From: the human T2T-CHM13v2.0 reference genome, Homo sapiens
Assembly: GCF_009914755.1 (NCBI RefSeq)
Contig: NC_060928.1
Length of the DNA stretch: 64,000 bases
Direction: 5' to 3' (one strand)
In this document: piece by piece, positions 24,501-37,300 of the stretch
Layout: each line of letters opens with the position of its first letter
Numbering within the stretch: the stretch's first letter is position 1
The notes under the pieces: model-generated
What the model was told of the DNA's origin: nothing
The model's input: only the letters and a program-made list of their open reading frames with translations
Databases searched by the model: none
Position numbers and translations under genes: made by a program

Positions 24501-27500
24501 ATAGAGCAGGTTTGAAACACTCTTTCTCTAGTATCTGGAAGTGGGCATTTCAAGCGCTTTCAGGCCTATGGAGAGAAAGGAAATACCTTCAAATAAAAAC
24601 TAGACAGAAGCATTCTCAGAAACTTATTTGTGATGTGTGTCCTCAACTAACAGAGTTGAACCTTTGTTTTGATACAGCATTTTGGAAACACTCCTTTTGT
24701 AGAATCTGCAGGTGGATATTTGGATAGCTTTGAAGATTTCGTTGGAAACCGGAATATCTTCATATAAAATCAAGACAGAAGCATTCTCGGAAACATCTCT
24801 GTGATGTTTGCATTCAACTCAGTAGAGTTGAACACTTCCTTTCATAGAGCCGGTTTGAAACACTCTTTCTGCACTACCTGGAAGCGGACATTTCGAGCGC
24901 TTTGAGGCCTATGTTGAAAAAGGAAATATCTTCTCATAAAAACCAGAAAGAAGCATTCTCAGAAACTTCTTTGTATTGTGTGTACTCAAGTAACAGTGTT
25001 GAACCTTCCTTTTGACACAGCAGTTTTGAAACACTCTTTTGGTAGAATCTGCAAGTGGATATTTGGATAGCTTTGAGGATTTCGTTGGAAACGGGTTATC
25101 TTCATATAAAATCCAGACAGGAGCATTCTCAGAAACTTCTTTGTGCTGCATGTCCTCAATTCACAGAGCTGAACCTTTGTTTGGATACAGCATTTTGGAA
25201 ACATTCCTTTAGTAGAATCTGCAAGTTGATATTTAGATAGCTTTGAAGATTTCGTTGGTAACGGGAATATCTTCATAGAAAATCTAGACGGAAGCATTCT
25301 CAGAAACTGCTTTGTGATGTTTGCATTCAAGTCACAGAGTTGAATATTCCCTTTTATAGAGTAGGTTTGAAACACTCTTTCGGCACTACCTGGAAGTGGA
25401 TATTTCGAGCTCTTTGAGGCCTATGGTTAAAAGGAAATATCTTCCCATAAAAACTAGACAGAAGCCGTCTCAGAAACTTGTTTGTGATGTGTGTATTCAA
25501 CTAACAGAGTTGAACATTTCTGTTACAGAGCAATTTTAAAACACTCTTTTTGTGGAATCTGAAAGTGGATAATTGGATAGCTTTGTGGATTTCGTTGGAA
25601 ACGGGATGACGTATAAAATCTAGAGAGAAGCATTCTCAGGAACTTCTTTCTGATGTTTGCATTCAAGTCACAGAATTGAACATTCCTTTTCATAGTGCAG
25701 GTTTGAAACACTCTTTCTGTAGTATCTGGAAGTGGACATTTCAAGCGCTTTCAGGCCTACGGGGAGAAAGGAAATATCTTCAAATAAAAACTAGACAGAA
25801 GGATTCTCAGAAACTTATTTGTGATGTGTGTCCTAAACGAACACAGTTGAACCTTTGTTTAGATACAGCATTTTGGAAACACTCCTTTTGTAGGATCTGC
25901 AGGTGGATATTTGGATAGATTTTAAGATTTCGTTGGAAACGGGAGTTTCTTCATAGAAACTCAAGACAGATGCATTCTCAGAAACATCTCTGTGATGTTT
26001 GCATTCCACTCATAGAGTTGAAAACTTCCTTTCATAGAGCAGGTTTGAAACACTCTTTTTGTAATATTTGGAAGTGGACATTTGCAGCGCTTTGAGGCCT
26101 ATGGTGAAAAAGGAAATATCTTCTCATAAAAACCAGAAACAAGCATTCTCAGAAACTTCTTTTTGATGTGTGTACTCAAGTAACAGAGTTGAACCTTCCT
26201 TTTGACACAGCAGTTTTGAAACAATCTTTTTGTAGAATCTGCAAGTGGATATTTGGATAGCTTTGAGGATTTCGTTGGAAACGGGATATCTTCATATAAA
26301 ATCTAGACAGAAGCATTCTCAGAAACTTCTTTGTGCTGTATGTCCTCAATTAACAGAGTTGAACCATTGCTTGGATACAGCATTTTGGAAACATTCCTTG
26401 AGTAGAATCTGCAAGTTGATATTTAGATAGATTTGAAGATTTCGTTGGAAAAGGGAATATCTCCATATAAAATCTAGAGGGAAGCATTCTCAGAAACTGC
26501 TTTGTGATGTTTCCATTCAAGTCACAGAGTTGAATATTCCCTTTTATAGAGCACGTTTGAAACACTCTTTCTGCACTATCTGGAAGTGGACATTTCGAGC
26601 GCTTTGAGGCCTATGGTGAAAAAGGAAATATCTTCCCATAAAAACTAGACAGAAGCATTCTCAGAAACTTGTTTGTGATGTGTGTATTCAACTAACAGAG
26701 TTGAACTTTTGTTTTTACAGAGCCGTTTTAAAACACTCTTTTTGTGGAATCAGAAAGTGGATATTTGGATGGCTCTGAGGATTTCGTTGGAAGCGGGATT
26801 ACATATAAAATCTAGAGAGAAGCATTCTCAGGAACTTCTTTGTGATGTTTGCATTGAAGTCACAGAATTGAACATTCACTTTGATAGAGCAGGTTTGAAA
26901 CACTCATTCTGTAGTATCTGGAAGTGGACATTTCAAGCGCTTTCAGGCCTATGGTGAGAAAGGAAATATCTTCGAATAAAAACTAGACAGAAGCATCCTC
27001 AGAAACTTATTTGTGATGTGTGTCCTCAACTAACAGAGTTGAAACTTTGTTTTGATACAGCATTTTGGAAACACTCTTTTTGTAGAATCTGCAGGTGGAT
27101 ATTTGGATAGCTTAGAGGGATTCGTTGGAAAGGGGATATCTTCATATAAAATCTAGACAGAAGCATTCTCAGAAACTTATTTGTGATGTGTGTCCTCAAC
27201 TAACAGAGTTGAACCTTGGTTTTGATACAGCATTTTGGAAACACTCCTTTTGTAGAATCTGCAGGTGGATATGTGGATAGCTCTGAAGATTTCGTTGGAA
27301 ACGGGAATTTCTTCATATAAAATCAAACAGAAGCATTCTCAGAAACTTCTCAGTGATGTTTGCATTCAGCTCATGGAGTTGAACACTTCCTTTCATAGAG
27401 CCGGTTTGAAACACTCTTTCTGCACTACCTGGAAGAGGACATTTCGAGCGCTTTGAGTCCTATGGTGAAAAAGGAAATATCTTCTCATAAAAACCAGAAA

Positions 27501-30500
27501 GAAGCATTCTCAGAAACTTCTTTGTGTTGTGTGTACTCATGTAACAGTGTTGAACCATCCTTTTGACAGAGCAGTTTTGAAACACTCTTTTTGTAGAATC
27601 TGCAAGTGGATATTTGGATAGCTTTGAGGATTTCGTTGGAAACGGGATGACATATAATATCTAGAGAGAAGCATTCTCAGGAACTTCTTTGTGATGTTTG
27701 CATTCACGTCACAGAATTGAACATTCCCTTTCATAGAGCAGGTTTGAAACACTCTTTCTCTAGTATCTGGAAGTGGGCATTTCAAGCGCTTTCAGGCCTA
27801 TGGAGAGAAAGGAAATACCTTCAAATAAAAACTAGACAGAAGCATTCTCAGAAACTTATTTGTGATGTGTGTCCTCAACTAACAGAGTTGAACCTTTGTT
27901 TTGATACAGCATTTTGGAAACACTCCTTTTGTAGAATCTGCAGGTGGATATTTGGATAACTTTGAAGATTTCGTTGGAAACCGGAATATCTTCATATAAA
28001 ATCAAGACAGAAGCATTCTCGGAAACATCTCTGTGATGTTTGCATTCAACTCAGTAGAGTTGAACACTTCCTTTCATAGAGCCGGTTTGAAACACTCTTT
28101 CTGCACTACCTGGAAGAGGACATTTCGAGCGCTTTGAGGCCTATGGTGAAAAAGGAAATATCTTCTCATAAAAACCAGAAAGAAGCATTCTCAGAAACTT
28201 CTTTGTGTTGTGTGTACTCAAGTAACAGTGTTGAACCTTCCTTTTGACACAGCAGTTTTGAAACACTCTTTTGGTAGAATCTGCAAGTGGATATTTGGAT
28301 AGCTTTGAGGATTTCGTTGGAAACGGGTTATCTTCATATAAAATCCAGACAGGAGCATTCTCAGAAACTTCTTTGTGCTGCATGTCCTCAATTCACAGAG
28401 CTGAACCTTTGTTTGGATACAGCATTTTGGAAACATTCCTTTAGTAGAATCTGCAAGTTGATATTTAGATAGCTTTGAAGATTTCGTTGGTAACGGGAAT
28501 ATCTTCATAGAAAATCTAGACGGAAGCATTCTCAGAAACTGCTTTGTGATGTTTGCATTCAAGTCACAGAGTTGAATATTCCCTTTTATAGAGTAGGTTT
28601 GAAACACTCTTTCGGCACTACCTGGAAGTGGATATTTCGAGCTCTTTGAGGCCTATGGTTAAAAGGAAATATCTTCCCATAAAAACTAGACAGAAGCCGT
28701 CTCAGAAACTTGTTTGTGATGTGTGTATTCAACTAACAGAGTTGAACATTTCTGTTACAGAGCAATTTTAAAACACTCTTTTTGTGGAATCTGAAAGTGG
28801 ATAATTGGATAGCTTTGTGGATTTCGTTGGAAACGGGATGACATATAAAATCTAGAGAGAAGCATTCTCAGGAACTTCTTTCTGATGTTTGCATTCAAGT
28901 CACAGAATTGAACATTCCTTTTCATAGTGCAGGTTTGAAACACTCTTTCTGTAGTATCTGGAAGTGGACATTTCAAGCGCTTTCAGGCCTACGGGGAGAA
29001 AGGAAATATCTTCAAATAAAAACTAGACAGAAGGATTCTCAGAAACTTATTTGTGATGTGTGTCCTAAACGAACACAGTTGAACCTTTGTTTAGATACAG
29101 CATTTTGGAAACACTCCTTTTGTAGGATCTGCAGGTGGATATTTGGATAGATTTTAAGATTTCTTTGGAAACGGGAGTTTCTTCATAGAAACTCAAGACA
29201 GATGCATTCTCAGAAACATCTCTGTGATGTTTGCATTCCACTCATAGAGTTGAAAACTTCCTTTCATAGAGCAGGTTTGAAACACTCTTTTTGTAATATT
29301 TGGAAGTGGACATTTGCAGCGCTTTGAGGCCTATGGTGAAAAAGGAAATATCTTCTCATAAAAACCAGAAACAAGCATTCTCAGAAACTTCTTTTTGATG
29401 TGTGTACTCAAGTAACAGAGTTGAACCTTCCTTTTGACACAGCAGTTTTGAAACAATCTTTTTGTAGAATCTGCAAGTGGATATTTGGATAGCTTTGAGG
29501 ATTTCGTTGGAAACGGGATATCTTCATATAAAATCTAGACAGAAGCTTTCTCAGAAACTTCTTTGTGCTGTATGTCCTCAATTAACAGATTTGAACCATT
29601 GCTTGGATACAGCATTTTGGAAACATTCCTTGAGTAGAATCTGCAAGTTGATATTTAGGTAGATTTGAAGATTTCGTTGGAAAAGGGAATATCTCCATAG
29701 AAAATCTAGAGGGAAGCATTCTCAGAAACTGCTTTGTGATGTTTCCATTCAAGTCACAGAGTTGAATATTCCCTTTTATAGAGCACGTTTGAAACACTCT
29801 TTCTGCACTATCTGGAAGTGGACATTTCGAGCGCTTTGAGGCCTATGGTGAAAAAGGAAATATCTTCCCATAAAAACTAGACAGAAGCATTCTCAGAAAC
29901 TTGTTTGTGATGTGTGTATTCAACTAACAGAGTTGAACTTTTGTTTTTACAGAGCCGTTTTAAAACACTCTTTTTGTGGAATCAGAAAGTGGATATTCGG
30001 ATGGCTCTGAGGATTTCGTTGGAAGCGGGATTACATATAAAATCTAGAGAGAAGCATTCTCAGGAACTTCTTTGTGATGTTTGCATTGAAGTCACAGAAT
30101 TGAACATTCACTTTGATAGAGCAGGTTTGAAACACTCATTCTGTAGTATCTGGAAGTGGACATTTCAAGCGCTTTCAGGCCTATGGTGAGAAAGGAAATA
30201 TCTTCGAATAAAAACTAGACAGAAGCATCCTCAGAAACTTATTTGTGATGTGTGTCCTCAACTAACAGAGTTGAAACTTTGTTTTGATACAGCATTTTGG
30301 AAACACTCTTTTTGTAGAATCTGCAGGTGGATATTTGGATAGCTTAGAGGGATTCGTTGGAAAGGGGATATCTTCATATAAAATCTAGACAGAAGCATTC
30401 TCAGAAACTTATTTGTGATGTGTGTCCTCAACTAACAGAGTTGAACCTTGGTTTTGATACAGCATTTTGGAAACACTCCTTTTGTAGAATCTGCAGGTGG

Positions 30501-31245
30501 ATATGTGGATAGCTCTGAAGATTTCGTTGGAAACGGGAATTTCTTCATATAAAATCAAACAGAAGCATTCTCAGAAACTTCTCAGTGATGTTTGCATTCA
30601 GCTCATGGAGTTGAACACTTCCTTTCATAGAGCCGGTTTGAAACACTCTTTCTGCACTACCTGGAAGAGGACATTTCGAGCGCTTTGAGTCCTATGGTGA
30701 AAAAGGAAATATCTTCTCATAAAAACCAGAAAGAAGCATTCTCAGAAACTTCTTTGTGTTGTGTGTACTCATGTAACAGTGTTGAACCATCCTTTTGACA
30801 GAGCAGTTTTGAAACACTCTTTTTGTAGAATCTGCAAGTGGATATTTGGATAGCTTTGAGGATTTCGTTGGAAACGGGATGACATATAATATCTAGAGAG
30901 AAGCATTCTCAGGAACTTCTTTGTGATGTTTGCATTCAAGTCACAGAATTGAACATTCCCTTTCATAGAGCAGGTTTGAAACACTCTTTCTCTAGTATCT
31001 GGAAGTGGGCATTTCAAGCGCTTTCAGGCCTATGGAGAGAAAGGAAATACCTTCAAATAAAAACTAGACAGAAGCATTCTCAGAAACTTATTTGTGATGT
31101 GTGTCCTCAACTAACAGAGTTGAACCTTTGTTTTGATACAGCATTTTGGAAACACTCCTTTTGTAGAATCTGCAGGTGGATATTTGGATAACTTTGAAGA
31201 TTTCGTTGGAAACCGGAATATCTTCATATAAAATCAAGACAGAAG
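21550..31245 (+). repeat. Three canonical 19-mer HORs (starts 21550, 24782, 28014)
   Basis: Exact 3,232 bp spacing of marker ORFs 21677, 24909, 28141, 31373. Confidence 0.95.
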
Positions 31246-34200
31246 CATTCTCGGAAACATCTCTGTGATGTTTGCATTCAACTCAGTAGAGTTGAACACT
31301 TCCTTTCATAGAGCAGGTTTGAAACACTCTTTCTGCACTACCTGGAAGCGGACATTTCGAGCGCTTTGAGGCCTATGGTGAAAAAGGAAATATCTTCTCA
31401 TAAAAACCAGAAAGAAGCATTCTCAGAAACTTCTTTGTGTTGTGTGTACTCAAGTAACAGTGTTGAACCTTCCTTTTGACACAGCTGTTTTGAAACACTC
31501 TTTTGGTAGAATCTGCAAGTGGATATTTGGATAGGTTTGAGGATTTCGTTGGAAACGGGTTATCTTCATATAAAATCCAGACAGGAGCATTCTCAGAAAC
31601 TTCTTTGTGCTGCATGTCCTCAATTCACAGAGCTGAACCTTTGTTTGGATACAGCATTTTGGAAACATTCCTTTAGTAGAATCTGCAAGTTGATATTTAG
31701 ATAGCTTTGAAGATTTCGTTGGAAACGGGAATATCTTCATAGAAAATCTAGACGGAAGCATTCTCAGAAACTGCTTTGTGATGTTTGCATTCAAGTCACA
31801 GAGTTGAATATTCCCTTTTATAGAGTAGGTTTGAAACACTCTTTCGGCACTACCTGGAAGTGGATATTTCGAGCTCTTTGAGGCCTATGGTTAAAAGGAA
31901 ATATCTTCCCATAAAAACTAGACAGAAGCCGTCTCAGAAACTTGTTTGTGATGTGTGTATTCAACTACCAGAGTTGAACATTTCTGTTACAGAGCAATTT
32001 TAAAACACTCTTTTTGTGGAATCTGAAAGTGGATAATTGGATAGCTTTGTGGATTTCGTTGGAAACGGGATGACGTATAAAATCTAGAGAGAAGCATTCT
32101 CAGGAACTTCTTTGTGATGTTTGCATTCAAGTCACAGAATTGAACATTCCTTTTCATAGTGCAGGTTTGAAACACTCTTTCTGTAGTATCTGGAAGTGGA
32201 CATTTCAAGCGCTTTCAGGCCTACGGGGAGAAAGGAAATATCTTCAAATAAAAACTAGACAGAAGGATTCTCAGAAACTTATTTGTGATGTGTGTCCTAA
32301 ACGAACACAGTTGAACCTTTGTTTTGATACAGCATTTTGGAAACACTCCTTTTGTAGGATCTGCAGGTGGATATTTGGATAGATTTTAAGATTTCGTTGG
32401 AAACGGGAGTTTCTTCATAGAAACTCAAGACAGATGCATTCTCAGAAACATCTCTGTGATGTTTGCATTCCACTCATAGAGTTGAAAACTTCCTTTCATA
32501 GAGCAGGTTTGAAACACTCTTTTTGTAATATTTGGAAGTGGACATTTGCAGCGCTTTGAGGCCTATGGTGAAAAAGGAAATATCTTCTCATAAAAACCAG
32601 AAACAAGCATTCTCAGAAACTTCTTTTTGATGTGTGTACTCAAGTAACAGAGTTGAACCTTCCTTTTGACACAGCAGTTTTGAAACAATCTTTTTGTAGA
32701 ATCTGCAAGTGGATATTTGGATAGCTTTGAGGATTTCGTTGGAAACGGGATATCTTCATATAAAATCTAGACAGAAGCATTCTCAGAAACTTCTTTGTGC
32801 TGTATGTCCTCAATTAACAGAGTTGAACCATTGCTTGGATACAGCATTTTGGAAACATTCCTTTAGTAGAATCTGCAAGTTGATATTTAGATAGATTTGA
32901 AGATTTCGTTGGAAAAGGGAATATCTCCATATAAAATCTAGAGGGAAGCATTCTCAGAAACTGCTTTGTGATGTTTCCATTCAAGTCACAGAGTTGAATA
33001 TTCCCTTTTATAGAGCACGTTTGAAACACTCTTTCTGCACTATCTGGAAGTGGACATTTCGAGCGCTTTGAGGCCTATGGTGAAAAAGGAAATATCTTCC
33101 CATAAAAATTAGACAGAAGCATTCTCAGAAACTTGTTTGTGATGTGTGTATTCAACTAACAGAGTTGAACTTTTGTTTTTACAGAGCCGTTTTAAAACAC
33201 TCTTTTTGTGGAATCAGAAAGTGGATATTCGGATGGCTCTGAGGATTTCGTTGGAAGCGGGATTACATATAAAATCTAGAGAGAAGCATTCTCAGGAACT
33301 TCTTTGTGATGTTTGCATTGAAGTCACAGAATTGAACATTCACTTTGATAGAGCAGGTTTGAAACACTCATTCTGTAGTATCTGGAAGTGGACATTTCAA
33401 GCGCTTTCAGGCCTATGGTGAAAAAGGAAATATCTTCGAATAAAAACTAGACAGAAGCATCCTCAGAAACTTATTTGTGATGTGTGTCCTCAACTAACAG
33501 AGTTGAAACTTTGTTTTGATACAGCATTTTGGAAACACTCCTTTTGTAGAATCTGCAGGTGGATATGTGGATAGCTCTGAAGATTTCGTTGGAAACGGGA
33601 ATTTCTTCATATAAAATCAAACAGAAGCATTCTCAGAAACTTCTCAGTGATGTTTGCATTCAGCTCATGGAGTTGAACACTTCCTTTCATAGAGCCGATT
33701 TGAAACACTCTTTCTGCACTACCTGGAAGAGGCCATTTCGAGCGCTTTGAGTCCTATGGTGAAAAAGGAAATATCTTCTCATAAAAACCAGAAAGAAGCA
33801 TTCTCAGAAACTTCTTTGTGTTGTGTGTACTCATGTAACAGTGTTGAACCATCCTTTTGACAGAGCAGTTTTGAAACACTCTTTTTGTAGAATCTGCAAG
33901 TGGATATTTGGATAGCTTTGAGGATTTCGTTGGAAACGGGATGACATATAATATCTAGAGAGAAGCATTCTCAGGAACTTCTTTGTGCTGTTTGCATTCA
34001 AGTCACAGAATTGAACATTCCCTTTCATAGAGCAGGTTTGAAACACTCTTTCTCTAGTATCTGGAAGTGGGCATTTCAAGCGCTTTCAGGCCTATTGAGA
34101 GAAAGGAAATACCTTCAAATAAAAACTAGACAGAAGCATTCTCAGAAACTTATTTGTGATGTGTGTCCTCAACTAACAGAGTTGAACCTTTGTTTTGATA

Positions 34201-34307
34201 CAGCATTTTGGAAACACTCCTTTTGTAGAATCTGCAGGTGGATATTTGGATAGCTTTGAAGATTTCGTTGGAAACCGGAATATCTTCATATAAAATCAAG
34301 ACAGAAG
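31246..34307 (+). repeat. Variant HOR, 18-mer (3,062 bp, same one-monomer deletion)
   Basis: Marker spacing 31373->34435 = 3,062; hybrid monomer starts at 33458. Confidence 0.95.
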
Positions 34308-37300
34308 CATTCTCGGAAACATCTCTGTGATGTTTGCATTCAACTCAGTAGAGTTGAACACTTCCTTTCATAGAGCCGGTTTGAAACACTCTTTCTGCAC
34401 TACCTGGAAGCGGACATTTCGAGCGCTTTGAGGCCTATGGTGAAAAAGGAAATATCTTCTCATAAAAACCAGAAAGAAGCATTCTCAGAAACTTCTTTGT
34501 GTTGTGTGTACTCAAGTAACAGTGTTGAACCTTCCTTTTGACACAGCAGTTTTGAAACACTCTTTTGGTAGAATCTGCAAGTGGATATTTGGATAGCTTT
34601 GAGGATTTCGTTGGAAACGGGTTATCTTCATATAAAATCCAGACAGGAGCATTCTCAGAAACTTCTTTGTGCTGCATGTCCTCAATTCACAGAGCTGAAC
34701 CTTTGTTTGGATACAGCATTTTGGAAACATTCCTTTAGTAGAATCTGCAAGTTGATATTTAGATAGCTTTGAAGATTTCGTTGGAAACGGGAATATCTTC
34801 ATAGAAAATCTAGACGGAAGCATTCTCAGAAACTGCTTTGTGATGTTTGCATTCAAGTCACAGAGTTGAATATTCCCTTTTATAGAGTAGGTTTGAAACA
34901 CTCTTTCGGCACTACCTGGAAGTGGATATTTCGAGCTCTTTGAGGCCTATGGTTAAAAGGAAATATCTTCCCATAAAAACTAGACAGAAGCCGTCTCAGA
35001 AACTTGTTTGTGATGTGTGTATTCAACTAACAGAGTTGAACATTTCTGTTACAGAGCAATTTTAAAACACTCTTTTTGTGGAATCTGAAAGTGGATAATT
35101 GGATAGCTTTGTGGATTTCGTTGGAAACGGGATGACGTATAAAATCTAGATTGAAGCATTCTCAGGAACTTCTTTCTGATGTTTGCATTCAAGTCACAGA
35201 ATTGAACATTCCTTTTCATAGTGCAGGTTTGAAACACTCTTTCTGTAGTATCTGGAAGTGGACATTTCAAGCGCTTTCAGGCCTACGGGGAGAAAGGAAA
35301 TATCTTCAAATAAAAACTAGATAGAAGGATTCTCAGAAACTTATTTGTGATGTGTGTCCTAAACGAACACAGTTGAACCTTTGTTTTGATACAGCATTTT
35401 GGAAACACTCCTTTTGTAGGATCTGCAGGTGGATATTTGGATAGATTTTAAGATTTCGTTGGAAACGGGAGTTTCTTCATAGAAACTCAAGACAGATGCA
35501 TTCTCAGAAACATCTCTGTGATGTTTGCATTCCACTCATAGAGTTGAAAACTTCCTTTCATAGAGCAGGTTTGAAACACTCTTTTTGTAATATTTGGAAG
35601 TGGACATTTGCAGCGCTTTGAGGCCTATGGTGAAAAAGGAAATATCTTCTCATAAAAACCAGAAACAAGCATTCTCAGAAACTTCTTTTTGATGTGTGTA
35701 CTCAAGTAACAGAGTTGAACCTTCCTTTTGACACAGCAGTTTTGAAACAATCTTTTTGTAGAATCTGCAAGTGGATATTTGGATAGCTTTGAGGATTTCG
35801 TTGGAAACGGGATATCTTCATATAAAATCTAGACAGAAGCATTCTCAGAAACTTCTTTGTGCTGTATGTCCTCAATTAACAGAGTTGAACCATTGCTTGG
35901 ATACAGCATTTTGGAAACATTCCTTGAGTAGAATCTGCAAGTTGATATTTAGATAGATTTGAAGATTTCGTTGGAAAAGGGAATATCTCCATATAAAATC
36001 TAGAGGGAAGCATTCTCAGAAACTGCTTTGTGATGTTTCCATTCAAGTCACAGAGTTGAATATTCCCTTTTATAGAGCACGTTTGAAACACTCTTTCTGC
36101 ACTATCTGGAAGTGGACATTTCGAGCGCTTTGAGGCCTATGGTGAAAAAGGAAATATCTTCCCATAAAAACTAGACAGAAGCATTCTCAGAAACTTGTTT
36201 GTGATGTGTGTATTCAACTAACAGAGTTGAACTTTTGTTTTTACAGAGCCGTTTTAAAACACTCTTTTTGTGGAATCAGAAAGTGGATATTCGGATGGCT
36301 CTGAGGATTTCGTTGGAAGCGGGATTACATATAAAATCTAGAGAGAAGCATTCTCAGGAACTTCTTTGTGATGTTTGCATTGAAGTCACAGAATTGAACA
36401 TTCACTTTGATAGAGCAGGTTTGAAACACTCATTCTGTAGTATCTGGAAGTGGACATTTCAAGCGCTTTCAGGCCTATGGTGAGAAAGGAAATATCTTCG
36501 AATAAAAACTAGACAGAAGCATCCTCAGAAACTTATTTGTGATGTGTGTCCTCAACTAACAGAGTTGAAACTTTGTTTTGATACAGCATTTTGGAAACAC
36601 TCTTTTTGTAGAATCTGCAGGTGGATATTTGGATAGCTTAGAGGGATTCGTTGGAAAGGGGATATCTTCATATAAAATCTAGACAGAAGCATTCTCAGAA
36701 ACTTATTTGTGATGTGTGTCCTCAACTAACAGAGTTGAACCTTGGTTTTGATACAGCATTTTGGAAACGCTCCTTTTGTAGAATCTGCAGGTGGATATGT
36801 GGATAGCTCTGAAGATTTCGTTGGAAACGGGAATTTCTTCATATAAAATCAAACAGAAGCATTCTCAGAAACTTCTCAGTGATGTTTGCATTCAGCTCAT
36901 GGAGTTGAACACTTCCTTTCATAGAGCCGGTTTGAAACACTCTTTCTGCACTACCTGGAAGAGGACATTTCGAGCGCTTTGAGTCCTATGGTGAAAAAGG
37001 AAATATCTTCTCATAAAAACCAGAAAGAAGCATTCTCAGAAACTTCTTTGTGTTGTGTGTACTCATGTAACAGTGTTGAACCATCCTTTTGACAGAGCAG
37101 TTTTGAAACACTCTTTTTGTAGAATCTGCAAGTGGATATTTGGATAGCTTTGAGGATTTCGTTGGAAACGGGATGACATATAATATCTAGAGAGAAGCAT
37201 TCTCAGGAACTTCTTTGTGATGTTTGCATTCAAGTCACAGAATTGAACATTCCCTTTCATAGAGCAGGTTTGAAACACTCTTTCTCTAGTATCTGGAAGT

